From Squalus acanthias (taxonomy: Eukaryota): a stretch of 64,000 nucleotides of DNA. The DNA lies in the NCBI GenBank assembly GCA_030390025.1, contig CM059432.1, forward strand, positions 111,540,001 to 111,604,000, written 5' to 3'. Below are positions 38,601 to 51,302 of the stretch, in pieces (the stretch's first letter is position 1; every line of letters starts with the position of its first letter). A program made the position numbers and the translations under genes. A model generated the notes under the pieces. That model saw nothing but the letters and a program-made list of their open reading frames with translations, was not told the origin of the DNA and ran no database searches.

Positions 38601-39431
38601 TCAGAAGTGCATGGCACCTTTGATTTCAAAGATGTTGGAGATGTCCAAATGATTCGCCAAAATCTTTAGGAGGACAACCAGTGGAACAGGCAAGCCAAAA
38701 ACTAACAATGATCATGGACTAGGTCAGAACATTTAAGTTGTTGGGTAATTTGATTGTTAACAATAATTTCCATATAATTTTAACAAGTACAGATATAAAG
38801 TTAACACCGTGCTTTTAAAACAAATTATTAGATAAACTGAAAACCTACTTTTAATTCGACTTCACTGGCCAGCTTAATTGAGTAGCATAAATTCTTATTT
38901 TTTTTAAAAAGTCATGATGAATATTTGTCTAATATTCATAGTTTAAAGACTGCTTTTTGTTATATTTTGAGCAAGCTAAAAGTGATCGAAGCTGTAAAAG
39001 ACATAATTGAAACTAATATACTGACGCCCTCGTTTTCATTAAACTCTTCCACTTCTCCATAATCAAATGGGACTTCTAACAATGCTCCAGTGAGCTGAAA
39101 GTGACCAAAATCAAGTCTGTGAAAACTCCTGGTATGTTAAGTTTTAATAATTGTGGAAAAAGCCATTCTTCACTATGCGCAAGTGTTTAAAGTCCTATAC
39201 TGCTGATCAGAAAAATGACAAAAAACAATTGGAAATAGTCAATGGGAATTGCACATCTTCAGCTGTTGTGAATGGGAAAGAGGGACAATAAATATAACAT
39301 GCGATTTATGTCTCGTAACTTCGGTGGAAGAGCAGCGACAACCCTGGGAAACTAGAAGTGAGTGGAAACCCCTGCGAAACACCCCCATTATCTGTAGTTT
39401 CATATCAGTTTAAATTCTTGTTTTATTGCTG

Positions 39432-39858
39432 TTGGCTCCCGGTTAAGAAACTCCTTGATTTCAAAATTCTCATCCTTGTTTTCAAATCCCTCCATGACCT
39501 CGCCCCTCCCTATCTCTGTAATCTCCTCCAGCCCCTCAACCCCCCGAGATCTCTGCGCTCCTCTAATTCTGCCCTCTTCAGCATCCCTGATTATAATTGC
39601 TCAACCATTGGTGGCCGTGCCTTCTGTTGCCTAGGCCCTAAGCTCTGGAATTCCCTGCCTAAACCTGTCCGCCTCGCTACCTCTTTCCTCCTTTAAGACA
39701 CTCCTTAAAACCTACCTCTTTGACCAAGCCTTTGGTCATCTGCCCTAATTTCTCCTTATGTGGCTCGTGTCAAATTTGTTGTTTAATACTCCTGTGAAGC
39801 TCCTTGGGACGTTTTACTACGTTAAAGGCGCTATATCAATATAAGTTGTTGATGATGT
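39432..39858 (+). mobile_element. L2 LINE 3' fragment
   Basis: WLPV..FKILILVFKSLHDLAPPYL..GGRAF..GPKLWNSLP followed by the L2 tail. Confidence 0.88.
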
Positions 39859-39947
39859 TATAATCCAATTCATCTTTTTGGATTTCTGAGTCTTGGTGTT
39901 AGTTAAACCCAGTTTAACTTTGTCTTTCTTTTTAACATTTACTGCAG

Positions 39948-40115
39948 GTTGTGAGCCAGTTTCAGCAGCAATTCATTACACAAGGTTATCCCTCCGTCAA
40001 ATGGATCAAAATGAAAGGAACAGACAGACGGATGATCTACAGAAACCCCAGTGACGTTGCAAAACAGTTAAAGAAACTAATAAATAGAAAGAAAGTCAAA
40101 CAAGAGAGTCAGTAA
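39948..40115 (+). CDS. Terminal coding exon of the same host gene
   Basis: Acceptor CTTTGTCTTTCTTTTTAACATTTACTGCAG. Reads VVSQFQQQFITQGYPSVKWIKMKGTDRRMIYRNPSDVAKQLKKLINRKKVKQESQ*. At 55 aa it is below the ORF-track cutoff. Confidence 0.7.
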   Translation, partial: VVSQFQQQFITQGYPSVKWIKMKGTDRRMIYRNPSDVAKQLKKLINRKKVKQESQ

Positions 40116-40360
40116 TACTCCCGACATTATTCTGTAGCTTCTCACCCATGTTTGGTGGCTTCTACATCTTTTGAAAAATAATAGCTTCATCAGGAATCCC
40201 TAATAATTGAAGTTGATTGGCTAAGGTGACATTATCAAGCATGTGCATTCTGAGTGACGATGGGTGAATTAGCAGGGGAGTTCTCTCATTTGTCCACTGT
40301 AACTTCGGGGGGAAACTTTGGGAAAATGGCATACGCAAGCGAGAAAACTGCTGCAGAAAT

Positions 40361-40718
40361 ATAAGAACACAAGAAATAGGAGCAGGAGTAGGCCATTCAG
40401 CCCCTCGAGCCTGCTCCACCATTCAATAAGATCATGGCTGATCTTCTACCTCATCTTCACCTTCCTGCACTATCCCCATATCCCTTGAGTCCCTCAGTAT
40501 TCAAAAATCTATCGATCTCTGTCTTGAATATGCTCAACGACTGAGCCTCCACAGCCCTCTGGGGTAGAGAATTCCAAAGGTTCACCACCCTCTGAGTGAA
40601 GAAATTTCTCCTCATCTCAGTCCTAAATGGCTGACCCCTTGTTCTGAGACTGTGATCCCCCTAGTTCTAGACTCCCCAGCCAGGGGAAACATTTTCCCAG
40701 CATCTACCCTGTCAAGCC
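40361..40718 (-). mobile_element. CR1 3' fragment, antisense and just downstream of the host stop codon
   Basis: Matches 7256-7610. Confidence 0.88.
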
Positions 40719-40842
40719 TTAGTATCTAGTTTCACATCAGTTTAAATTTAAAGTAGCATTCTCTTGTGTAGCTGTATACAAGTTTACACTTATCACAGAG
40801 GCATAGTGATGGCTTATATTTTAATATGTATCTGCCATTGAT

Positions 40843-42060
40843 GGTCCGGAATTTCCTCCTGATTTGTGCCCAGATACACAAGTTAATGTGGCTTAAAAGA
40901 TCGTAGAAAATTGGGCGGAAGCGAGTTACGCGCACAAGTACAATACGCCCAAATATCTACAATCTTTTAAGTGCATCCATTAAACCCTGTGTCTGATGAG
41001 TCCCTGTCCACCAAACTGGTCACACCCCCCAGCTCCGAAATGGAAGTTTCCTCCAATTGCGCTTGTTCGGGGGTTTCTTAGAGCGTTAGAATGGTTTCCC
41101 TAACCAGTGGTGGGATGCCCCACTCCTGGGGGGTTGGGAGGAGAAGAAGAGATGTGAGTGGGAATCCTTGCCTGTACTGTGTGGACTCTCCCTACCCACC
41201 TCGGCTGCCACCACGGACACGAGGTTTGGGACCCTCACTCTTCACCCTTTCACCGACATTGTGTGTATTGTTGCCCTACAAAGACAGAAAAATAAATATT
41301 AAAAGTGTTTGGAGTAATCGAAGGAGCTACTAGTCTGCATCCATGGTGTGGTGAGGGGTGGGGGCCTCTCCACTGCTCAGGTTATTTCACCTTAGTCTGG
41401 CAACCAGATTGGCTGTGGAAGAAAGTCATGGGAAAGTGTGTTTCTTAAATTCCCTGATCTAGTCAGGTCATTAAACTTTTTACGGAACTAATCTGCAGTT
41501 GACTATTGATGATGCACTGAGTACCTCGGCCCACGCCTGTTTTCACTGCACACACGGGCTGTGCTCCTGAGAAACCAATTATTCTGATGTGCCAAGTCTC
41601 GACCTCTTCGAGGAGGCCCTTAATCCTCAGCAAAATTGAAGGCCCTCTTGTGGGAAGCCTTGTCACTGGTGTCTGCGCTGTCTGTCATCTGCAAGGAGAG
41701 AAAGTTATTGATAGTTCAGACTCTCTACTCAGTAATTTAAATTAGTTAATGTAAAAGTTTGCAGGATAGAGAGATAAGTGCTGCTGACCTTGCAGTCTCC
41801 AGCCTCATTCCGAAGGGGAATTTTCTTTTCTCACCTGTTATACTGCTCTACCATAGCATCTCGAGGCCCCATTGGCTCTGTTCCAGTTACGTTTCGATTG
41901 CACTTGTTGATTGCACTGATTCATGGGTGATTTTTCGATCAGGCTTCTGACTAATTTGCGCAGAAACTTGGAGGCAATTTCACCTCGACCAAATGGGCGC
42001 ATCTTCAAACGCAATTTGGGCAAATTTCCCGATTGCGTCCATGGAGGAAACTCCAGCAAA
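40843..42060. mobile_element. Decayed PIF/Harbinger element with a frameshifted Myb/SANT-like gene (- strand, about 41455-41688)
   Basis: TIR-like CCGGAATTTCCTCC / GGAGGAAACTCCAG. Reads MTDSADTSDKASHKRAFNFAE / IKGLLEEVE..IIG / KQAWAEV / RKKFNDLTRS across frameshifts. Confidence 0.65.
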
Positions 42061-42361
42061 AGGAACTTGAAAAATGTCAGCTTTGTGACAATGTTTGACT
42101 GGACTAAAGCCGCTATTGTTACAGAGTCTTGTTTAGGTGGAATGATAAAATGCTGCACACATACGGCATCCTGGGAACGAGGCACACTGACCAATGTTAA
42201 CTGGTGAAAAGGTTTCCAGTAACATTTTTGAAATGATGACATCCTTCTACTTACAGTAAACATACGAATAAAAAAACTTTATAACCTGTTTTTAAAGAAG
42301 AGTTTTGTGTAATTCTATTTTCATTTATGGACAAAATGACACTTTTTACCTTAAAAAAGAA

Positions 42362-42810
42362 AGACTTGCATTTGTGTAGCACCTTTTGGCGACCACCAGA
42401 CGTCTCAAAGCTCTTTACAGCCAATTAAGTACTTTTGGAGTGTAGTCACTGTTGTAATGTGGGAAATGCGGCAGCCAATTTACACACAGTAAGCTCCCAC
42501 AAACAGCAATGTGATAATGACCAGATAATCTGTTTTAGTGATGCGGATTGAGGGATAAATATTGGCCAGGACACTGGGGATAACTCCCCTACTGTTCTTC
42601 GAAATAGTGCTATGGGATCTTTTGCGTCCATCAGGGCCCCAGTTTAACGTCTCATCTGAAAGACGGCACCTCCGACACTGCAGCACTCCCTCAGCACTGC
42701 ACTGGGCGTATCAGCCGAGATTTTTGTGCTCAAGCCTCTGGAGTGGGACTTGAACCCACAACCTTTTGACTCCGAGGCAAGGGTGCTACCAACTGAGCCA
42801 CTGGCTGACA
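42362..42810 (-). mobile_element. tRNA-derived Deu-domain SINE (SacSINE1-like)
   Basis: A box TGGCTCAGTTGG, B box GGTTCAAGTCC, central GTGCCGTCTTTCAGATGAGACGTTAAAC, L2-like tail. Confidence 0.75.
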
Positions 42811-42821
42811 CAACAAACAAC

Positions 42822-42947
42822 AACATATCGTAGGTGCTGGAAATCTGAAACAAAAATAGAAAATGCTGGAAATATTCAGCAAGTTGGGCGGTGTCTATGA
42901 AGAAAGGAAAACTGTTCATGTTTTGGGCATTGCCCTTCATCAGAGCT
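42822..42947 (-). mobile_element. Diverged Penelope pseudo-LTR with a decayed hammerhead
   Basis: The - strand reads CTGATGA-A-GGGC-AAT-GCCC-AAAAC, followed by a family A-like tail. Confidence 0.6.
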
Positions 42948-43630
42948 CAAAGTTGGCTGGGCCGCAGAGAGAACTCCCCTGCTTCTCTTCGAATAGTACC
43001 ATGGGATCTTTTACATCTGGCTGAGCAGGCCGAGGGGCTCTCACTCCCTCTCTGCTGCACTGGTGTCTCATTCTAAATTGTGTTCGAGACCTGGTATGAG
43101 GCTTGATCCACCACCTGACTCTAACGCCAAAAAACTACCACTGAGCCAATATGACACAATCATTTGTAGGAATAATATACATCTTATTGCTACCCTATTC
43201 AAAACTGTAGAATCATAGAATGGTTCCAGCACAGAAGGGGGCCATTCAGCCTGTCGAGCCCGTGCTGGCTCTCTGCAAGAGCACTACAGCTAGTCCCACT
43301 CCCCCGCCCTTTCCCCGTAGTCCTGCAATTTTTTTTCCTTCAGGTACTTATCCAATTCCCTTTTGAAAGCCACGATTGAGTCTGCCTCCACCACTTTAGT
43401 TTATATTGCCTCCTCGTTCTTCCTACCAAAATGTATCACTTCACACTTTTCTGTGTTAAATTTCATCTGCCATGTGTCTGCCCATTTCACCAGCCTGTCT
43501 ATGTCTTCTTGAAGTCTATCACTATCCTCCTCACTGTTCACTATACTTACAAGTTTTGTGTCATCTGCAAATTTTGAAATTGTGCCCTGTACTCCCAAGT
43601 CCAAGTCATAAAATGAGGAATACCTAATGT

Positions 43631-46040
43631 CATAGAAACATAGAAGATAGGAGCAGGAGTAGGGCATTCGGCCCCTCGAGCCTGCTCCGCCATTCGATGA
43701 GATCATGGCTGATCATCCAAACTCAGTACCCTGTACCTGCTTTCTCCCCATATCCCTTGATACCTTTAGCTTTAAGAAATATATCTAACTCATTCTTGAA
43801 TATATTTAATGACTTGGCCTCAACTACCTTCTGTGGTAGAAAATTCCACAGGTTCACCACTCTCTGGGTGAAGGAATTCTTCCTCATTTCTGTCCTAAAT
43901 GGCTTACCCGTTATCCTTAGATTATGACCCCTGGTTCTGGACTCTCCGACCATCGGGAACATTCTTCCTGCATCTAGTTTGTCCAGACCTGTCAGAATTT
44001 TATATGTTTCGATGAGATCCCCTCTCATTTTTCTATACTCCAGCGAGTATAAGCCAAATCGACCCAATCTCTCCTCATATGTCATTCCTGCCATCCCAGG
44101 TATCAGCCTTGTGAATCTTCGCTGAACTCCTTCCATGGTAAGAACATCCTTCCTCGGATAAGGCGACCAAAACTGCACACAGTACTCAAGGTGTGGTCTC
44201 ACCAAGGCCCTGTACAACTGCAGCAGGACATCCCTGTTCCTATACTCGAACCCTTTCGCTATGAAGGCCGACATACCATTTGCCTTCTTCACCACCTGCT
44301 GCACCTGCATGCTTACTTTCAGCGACTGGTGCACAAGGACACCCAGGTCTCGTTGCACTTCCCCTTCTCCCAATCTATTGCCATTCAGATAATAGTCTGC
44401 CTTTCTGTTTTTGACACCAAAGTGGATAGCCTCACATTTATCCACGTTATATTGCATCTGCCACGCTTCTGCCCACTGTAAGGGGTTTTTTGTCTCGGGC
44501 TTATTTGTAGGACAGCCAGTTATGTTTTCCTGGACTGTCTTGCCCGTTGTGCGGTTGCGAATCGCTATCCCCTTCCTAGTTCTGAGTCCAGGACTTATCG
44601 AGCGGCGATAAGGACAAATGAACAGACCTGTGGATTGGTGCAAGGAAAACCAATGTTTATTTAACAGAGATGAAACATAACATGTCAATCTTAACTTCGG
44701 TACAAACGAGGGAAATGACAGGAGAACAATACCTCACCCCTCCCAACCCCACTTTACTAGCTAAGTTAGACTCTTGAGGACCAGGGATAATGCTCACCAA
44801 ACTAATCCTTTGACAGTTGAGATATGGTTTAAAGTCCTTTTAAGTAAAAAGTTTCATAAGGCCCTTGTGCCTCGAGTGTTTGATGGTTACTGGAACCGTT
44901 GCTCTGGTTTCTTGCGTGTCGGTCTGTTTCTGGAGCTGCTGACATTCTTTGTTGAACGGTCTTGTTTCTGTTGAACTGTGTACTGCAGAACTCCTGTGCT
45001 TCAGCTGTCCTGCTTGTGGCCTGGACAGCTTGTTTTAAACTGCCAGCCTGCAAAACTGCCCGTCTCGTCTCTGTGGAACTCTTCTCTGTAGAACTCTGGC
45101 TTGTTCCAGCACAGGACTCTGTAGCACTCCGGCTTGTAGAACTCCCGCTTCTTCCAGCACAGGTCTCCAGTTATACTCTTCGATTGCTCCTTATTTGCCC
45201 GCCAAATCTTCCCAGTGCTTTGTTTAATTCTGGTGGGCTCGTTAAGGTCGCTAACTTTAATGGCAGGAGATGGCCTTTAACGATATTAAAATAATTGTTA
45301 AGTGGAGGATGATTGCTGGTCTGATGGTTGTTCATTTGTGTTGCCTTTACTTCTTTTGTATAAATGCTAAACAGTTTGATGGGGCTGGAGATAGGTCGAC
45401 CACGGTCGACCACCTGTAATATACAACATTGTCTGTAGAGGCCAGCCCCGCCTCCTTTGGCAGCCTGTACTGAGGTCTGCCCGGGCATGTCACCTGGCCT
45501 GCTGTTTTTGCAGGGCCCTGGTTTCTGTTCAATGTCGCAGGCTTCTGTCACGAGGTCTAGAAGCCACTTTGTCTAGGGTACCCCTTATTAATAACTCTGG
45601 GGAATGTGGGAATTTTGAGAACCCTACACCACTCACCCAACCTGTCCAAATCATCCTGGAGTTTCTCGGTATCCTCCTCGCAGCACACACTCCCACCCAG
45701 CTTTGTGTCATCTGCAAACTTGGAGATATTACATTTAGTTCCCTTATCTAGATCATTAATGTATGTTGTGAATAGCTGGGGTCCAAGGACCGATCCCTGC
45801 AGTAACCCACTAGTCACTGCTTGCCACTCGGAAAAAGACCCATTAATTCCTACTCTCTGCTTTCTGTCCACCAACCAGTTCTCTATCCAAGTCAATACCT
45901 TGCCCCCAATCCCATGTGCCTTAACTTTACACGCTAATCTCTTATGCGGGACCTTATCGAAAGCCTTTTGAAAGTCCAAATACACCACATCTACTGGTTC
46001 TCCCTTATCTATTTTCCCAGTTGCATCCTCAAAAAATTCC
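43631..46040 (-). mobile_element. CR1 LINE split by a solo LTR
   Basis: ORFs 45557-46054 and 43723-44688 join at RLGE|WAEAWQM. Confidence 0.92.
44477..45628 (-). mobile_element. Solo LTR (ERV1- or Gypsy-type), 1152 bp
   Basis: TGTA...TACA termini. 4-bp TSD CCAC at 44473-44476 and 45629-45632. AATAAA on the - strand near 44656-44661 gives a tentative orientation. Confidence 0.82.
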
Positions 46041-47194
46041 AGTAGATTAGTCAAGCACGAATGAGATTATCTCATGTCAGGAGTAACGTTTCTGTTTCTG
46101 TTAATGATGTAAACTGAGAAACGTGGGGGGGGGGGGGTGGGCGAGCGGCAGAGTGAAATGGAGGACCCTAACCCCATTGGAAGTCCTGGTCTCAGGCTAT
46201 TTAACATATTTTGGGTTTCTGTTTTCCTTTCTCAGTGCAGGTAGGTAGATAAATGAATTTGTTCCTTTCATACACTCTAGTTACACAGATAAACAAACAG
46301 TGCATTTCACTGGGGAAATTGGCATGTTTCATGGACTATCACATGGGCGTCTGTCCCTTCACTTTAGAGTGCAGGTTATTATTGTGAGGACCAAGAAGTG
46401 TAAAACTTGGAAAAGATCAAAAGTATTTGCCTTGTTTACTAAGCATTTCTGCAACAATACTTAGTATTACTAAAAGGGTCTGTTGAAATAAAAAAAAATT
46501 AAATGCAGGTTTTATTCAGAGACTCCTTGCAAACTTTAATAGAATTAGTCGCTATTTAAAGTTTTTTGCTGAGTTTTTGGGGTTCTCTATCCAACACAAA
46601 TAAAAGAAACGCAGCTGCAGAAGCCATTCAGAATGCGAAACAATCAAGGTGCATGTGGATCAGCCATTTTTGGTTTGTCATTCTGTCGGTGTTTCTGCAG
46701 GACTCAGCCAGAGTTTTCAGAGTTTGTTCCTAGTTCTATCCTCTGGCCTGTGAAAGTGATATTTTAGAATCAATCACAAACTATAAGATTATATCAGGTT
46801 TTGCATCGACAGGTCCAATGAGAAAGAAACTGCTGATGCTGATCACCATGTATCTTTTTCATCTGTTTCCGCTACTTTTAGTAATATAAAAGCTTAGCAT
46901 CATGATTGTCTTAGGCATATGGTTATATAGATATAGATATAGATATTTCTAAAGACATGGTGGTTTGTGATTCCTGGGCATTTCTTACTCAGGCATTTGT
47001 AAGGCTACTGTGTGAAGCAATCCTCAAACATTTACTAGGCATTACTGCCCAGGTTTAATTACATCACACAACACTTTGGCAGATTGGTCTTGACAATTAA
47101 TGTGATGCTTCCTACTACGAGCCTCCCCCATCTCTAAATTTCTTGTATGTTGGTGCCCAGAGGATGTGGAATGAAGAATATAGCTTACCTACCT

Positions 47195-49955
47195 TGCGAG
47201 AAAGGATCTTAGCCCAGATAATCAGGATGTAGAATCAGTACGGGCAGAGCTAAGAAATAACAAAGGGCAAAAAACACTGGTGGGAGTAGTTTATAGGCCC
47301 CCTAACAGTAATCATAGTGTTGGACAGAATATAAATCAGGAAATTAGAGGAGCATGTAACAAGGGTAGTGCAATAATCCTGCAGGACTTTAATCTTCATA
47401 TAGACTGGGCAAACCAAATTGGCAAAGAAGCTTGCAGGATGAGTTCATGGAATGCATTCAAGACAATTTTCTCGAACAATATGTTGAGGAACCAACTAGG
47501 GAACTAGTATTGTGTAATGAGATAGGGTTAATCAGTAATCTTATAGTAACGGATCATCTGGGGAAGAGTGATCAGAATATGATAGAATTTTATACTAAGT
47601 TTGAGAGTGATGTGGTTAAGTCCGAAACTAGGGTCTTAGATTTAAACAAAGCCAATTACAGAGGAGTGAAGAGCAAATTGGCTAAGGTAGATTGGGAAAT
47701 TAGGATATGACGGTAGATGGCAATGACAAACATTTAAAGAAATAATTCATAATTCTCAATGAATATACATTCCCTTGAAGAATAAAAACTCCACTAGAAA
47801 AGTGGCACAACTGTGGCTAACTAGAGAAGTTAAGGATAGTGTTAGATTAAAAGAAGCTTACAAAGTTGTCAATAAGAGTAGTAAGCCTAAGGATTGGGAG
47901 GGTTTTAAAAATTAGCAAAGGATGACCAAGAAATTGATAAAGAGGAAGAAAATAGAATATGAGAGTAAACTAGCGAGAAATATAAAAACAGATTATAAGC
48001 GTTTAAGGGAAGAGATTAGTGAAAGTAAACATGGGTCCTTTAGAGGCAGAGACAGGAGAAATTATAATGGGGAGTAAGGAAATGGCAGAGATGTTAAACA
48101 AATATTTTGTGTCTGTCTTCACAGTAGAGGACACAAAGAACATAACAAATTGTGGGAACCAAGGATCTAATACGAGTGAGGAACATAAAGTAATCGATTT
48201 AGTAAAAAATAAAACTGGAAATATTAATGGGACTAAAAGCTGACAAATCCTCTGGACCTGATGGCCTACATCCGAGGGTTTTAAAAGATGTGGCTGCAGA
48301 GATAGTGGATGCATTTGTTTTGATCTTCCAGATTTTCCTAGATTCTAAAATGGTCCCCGTGGATTGGAAGGTAGAAAATGTAACCCTGCTGTTCAAGAAA
48401 GGAGGGAGAGAAAAAACAGGGAACTACAGACAAGTTAGCCTAACATCAGTAGTATGGAAAATGCTAGAATCTATTATTAGGGACGTGGTAACAGGGCACT
48501 TGGAAAATCACATATGATTAGGCAGCATCAACATGGTTTTATGAAAGAGAAATCGTGTTTGACAAAATTATTCAAGTTTTTTGAGGGTGTAACTAGCATG
48601 GTAGATAAGGGGGAACCAGTGCATGTAGTATATTTGGCTTTTCAGAAGGCATTCGATAAGGTGCCACACAATAGGTTGTTAAACAAGATTAGGACTCATG
48701 GGATTGGGGTAATATATTCGCATGGATTGAGGATTGGTTAACAGACAGAAAACAGAGAGTAGGAATAAACAGGTTGTTTTCGGGATGGCAGGCTGTAACT
48801 AGTGGAGTGCCGCAAAGATCAGTGCTTGGCCCTCGGCTATTTACAATCTATATTAATGATTTAGATGAAGGGACTGAGTGCAATGTATCGAAATTTGCTG
48901 ACGATGCAAAATTAGGTGGGAAAGTAAGTTGTGAGAAGGACACAAAGAGCCTGCAAAGGGATGTGGACAGGTTAAGTGAGTGGGCAATAAGGTGGCAGAT
49001 GGAGTATAATGTGGGGAAATGTGAAATTATCCACTTTGGTAGGAAGAATGGAAAAGCAGAATATTTTTAAGAAGGTGAGAGACTGGGAAATGTTGGTGTT
49101 CAGAGAGATTTGGGGGCACACAAATCACTGAAAGTTAACATGCAGGTACAGCAAGTAATTAGGAAGGCAAATGGTATGTTAGCCTTTATTACAAGATGAT
49201 TTGAGTGTAAGAGTAAAGAATTCTTACTGCAATTATATAGGGCCCTGGTGAAACCACACCCAGAGTATTGTGTACAGTTTTGGTCACACACACAATCCCC
49301 ACAGTGCAGATAGAGGCCATTTCGGCCCATCGAGCCTGCACCGACACATATCCCACCCTATCCCCGTAACCCCACGTATTTAATCCCCCCTAACACTAAT
49401 GGTCAATTTATCATCGCCAAATCAACCTAACCCGCACATCTTTGGACTTACCTAAGGAAGGATATACTTGCCATAGAGGGAGTGCAACAAAGGTTCACTA
49501 GGATGAGAAGGCTATCCTATGAGGAGAGATTGAGTAGATTGGGCCTATATTCTCTGGAGTTTAGAAGAATGAGAGATGATCTCATTAAAACGTAAGAATT
49601 TTATACGGGACTTGATAGGGTAGATGCTGAGAGGTTGTTTCCCCTGGCTGGGGAGACTAGAACCAGGGGCCTATTCTCAGGATAAGGGGTCAGCCATTTA
49701 AGATGAGGAGCAACTTCTTCACTCAGAGGGTTGTGAATCTTTGGAATTCTCGACCCCAGAGAGCTGTGGAGGCTCAGTCGTTGAGTATATTCAAGATTGA
49801 GATCGATAGATTTTTGGGCACTAAGGGATTTAAGGGATATGGGGATCGGGCGGGAAAGTGGAGATGAGGCAGAAGATCAGCCATGATCTTACTGAATGCT
49901 GGAGCAGGCTCGAGGGGCCGTATGGCCTACTCCTGCTTTTAATTCTTGTGTTCTT
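47195..49955 (+). mobile_element. CR1 LINE (APE-RT, degenerate)
   Basis: GVVYRPPN, GPDGLHPRVLK, KFADD, 3' tail. Confidence 0.92.
49286..49449 (-). mobile_element. HE1-like V-SINE 3' fragment inside CR1
   Basis: GGCCATTTCGGCCCATCGAG..CTAACACTAATGGTCAATTTATCAT..CACATCTTTGGACT interrupts QFWS|PYLRK. Confidence 0.75.
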
Positions 49956-51302
49956 GTGGGTGACATGTTCGTTTTCAAACTTGTGAATATTCCCCCTGGA
50001 TCCACTGGGGGGCCTCATTGTTCTTTACTATGTTCTGTGAAAATCAAGCTCTTCATCGCAGCTATCGGTATTTTACTTACAAACTAAAAACTATTGTCAG
50101 CTTGGAAAAATATTGTGTTTTTTCCCTTTTTAGAAAAAAGTACGTTTTAACTCAGATTGCTTTCATCAAGCACTCTGACAGTTCTAATGTAGGACAGACT
50201 GTGATGCATAACAGATTTCCTATCAGGATCACATTACATTCGTCATGTATTAGATAGAATAAATTAAAGCAGCACTCGATTGGCTATGACAGTGGGCATT
50301 AATGCAGGGTAAAAGTCCACATTCTTAAAATGACCATTATCTACTAATGGTAATAATGAATGTTCTGGCATGTTTTATGCTGCAGTAAAGGACCAAGAGC
50401 TGATTAAAGCACTGGGCTGTGCTCGGTGCTTTGATCAGCTGTCAGTCTCCTATTCCAGCATAAAACATACTGCAATGCTCATTACACCCGCGTTAACTCC
50501 TTGTAATCTGGCACGCTCCTGGAGTATCTGAATTATAAAGTCAGAGAAATCCAGTGAGTCACAGTAATATTCAGACAACTGACTCCCTTCGTATCTCTGC
50601 ACATATGTTAAATGTAAAATCTGCAGTCTCTCGAAGCTGCTTCTTCCCGACTGTTTAAACAATCAATGGTATGGCTACTTACAGAATTATCAGCTGCTGA
50701 AAAAAATAAAATTGAGCCTGAAGCCCATTTTGTTTTGAGGTTACACTGTGTTGAAAGGAACTTGTTCCCATACCGATCCCAGTGGGGCTGAACAAGGTAG
50801 GCTTGACTTTCAGTGCAGATGCTTTTCCTGTGGGCCTGAGCTAGATTCACTCTTGTACATGCAGAGTAACTGTAAGTTTATGTGCAATTGCTGCCTCAGG
50901 CAATATATCCCAGCAGAATGCGTGTTTCTGGGAGAAGGCTATGTGCTTACAGATGAAAGTGCGGGGAATTATTTTAGGTCAGGGCTACATCATAAAGCAG
51001 AATTACCAAGGAGAGTAATGGGACTAAAAGTCGACAAATCCCCTGGACCTGACGGCCTACATCCTAGGTTTCTAACAGAGGTGGCTGAAGAGATAGTGGA
51101 TGCATTGGTTTTGATCTTCCAAAATTCCCTTGATTCTAGAATGGTCCCAGCGGATTGGAAGGTCGCAAATGTAACACCACTATTCAAGAAAGGAGGGAGA
51201 GAAAAAACAGGGAGCTACGGGCCAGTTAGCCTGACATCAGTCGTCGGGAAAATGCTGGCATCCATTGTTAAGGAAGTGGTATCAGGGCACTTAGAAAATC
51301 AT

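Noticed and set aside
41838..42263. 141-aa - strand ORF
   Set aside because: No recognisable domain, and it straddles the end of a decayed Harbinger.
42745..42810. tRNA gene
   Set aside because: A/B boxes belong to a SINE head that continues into SINE body and tail; the same applies to 60558-60630.
43723..44688. 321-aa ORF with a novel N-terminus
   Set aside because: The N-terminal part is solo-LTR sequence fused by insertion to CR1 RT.
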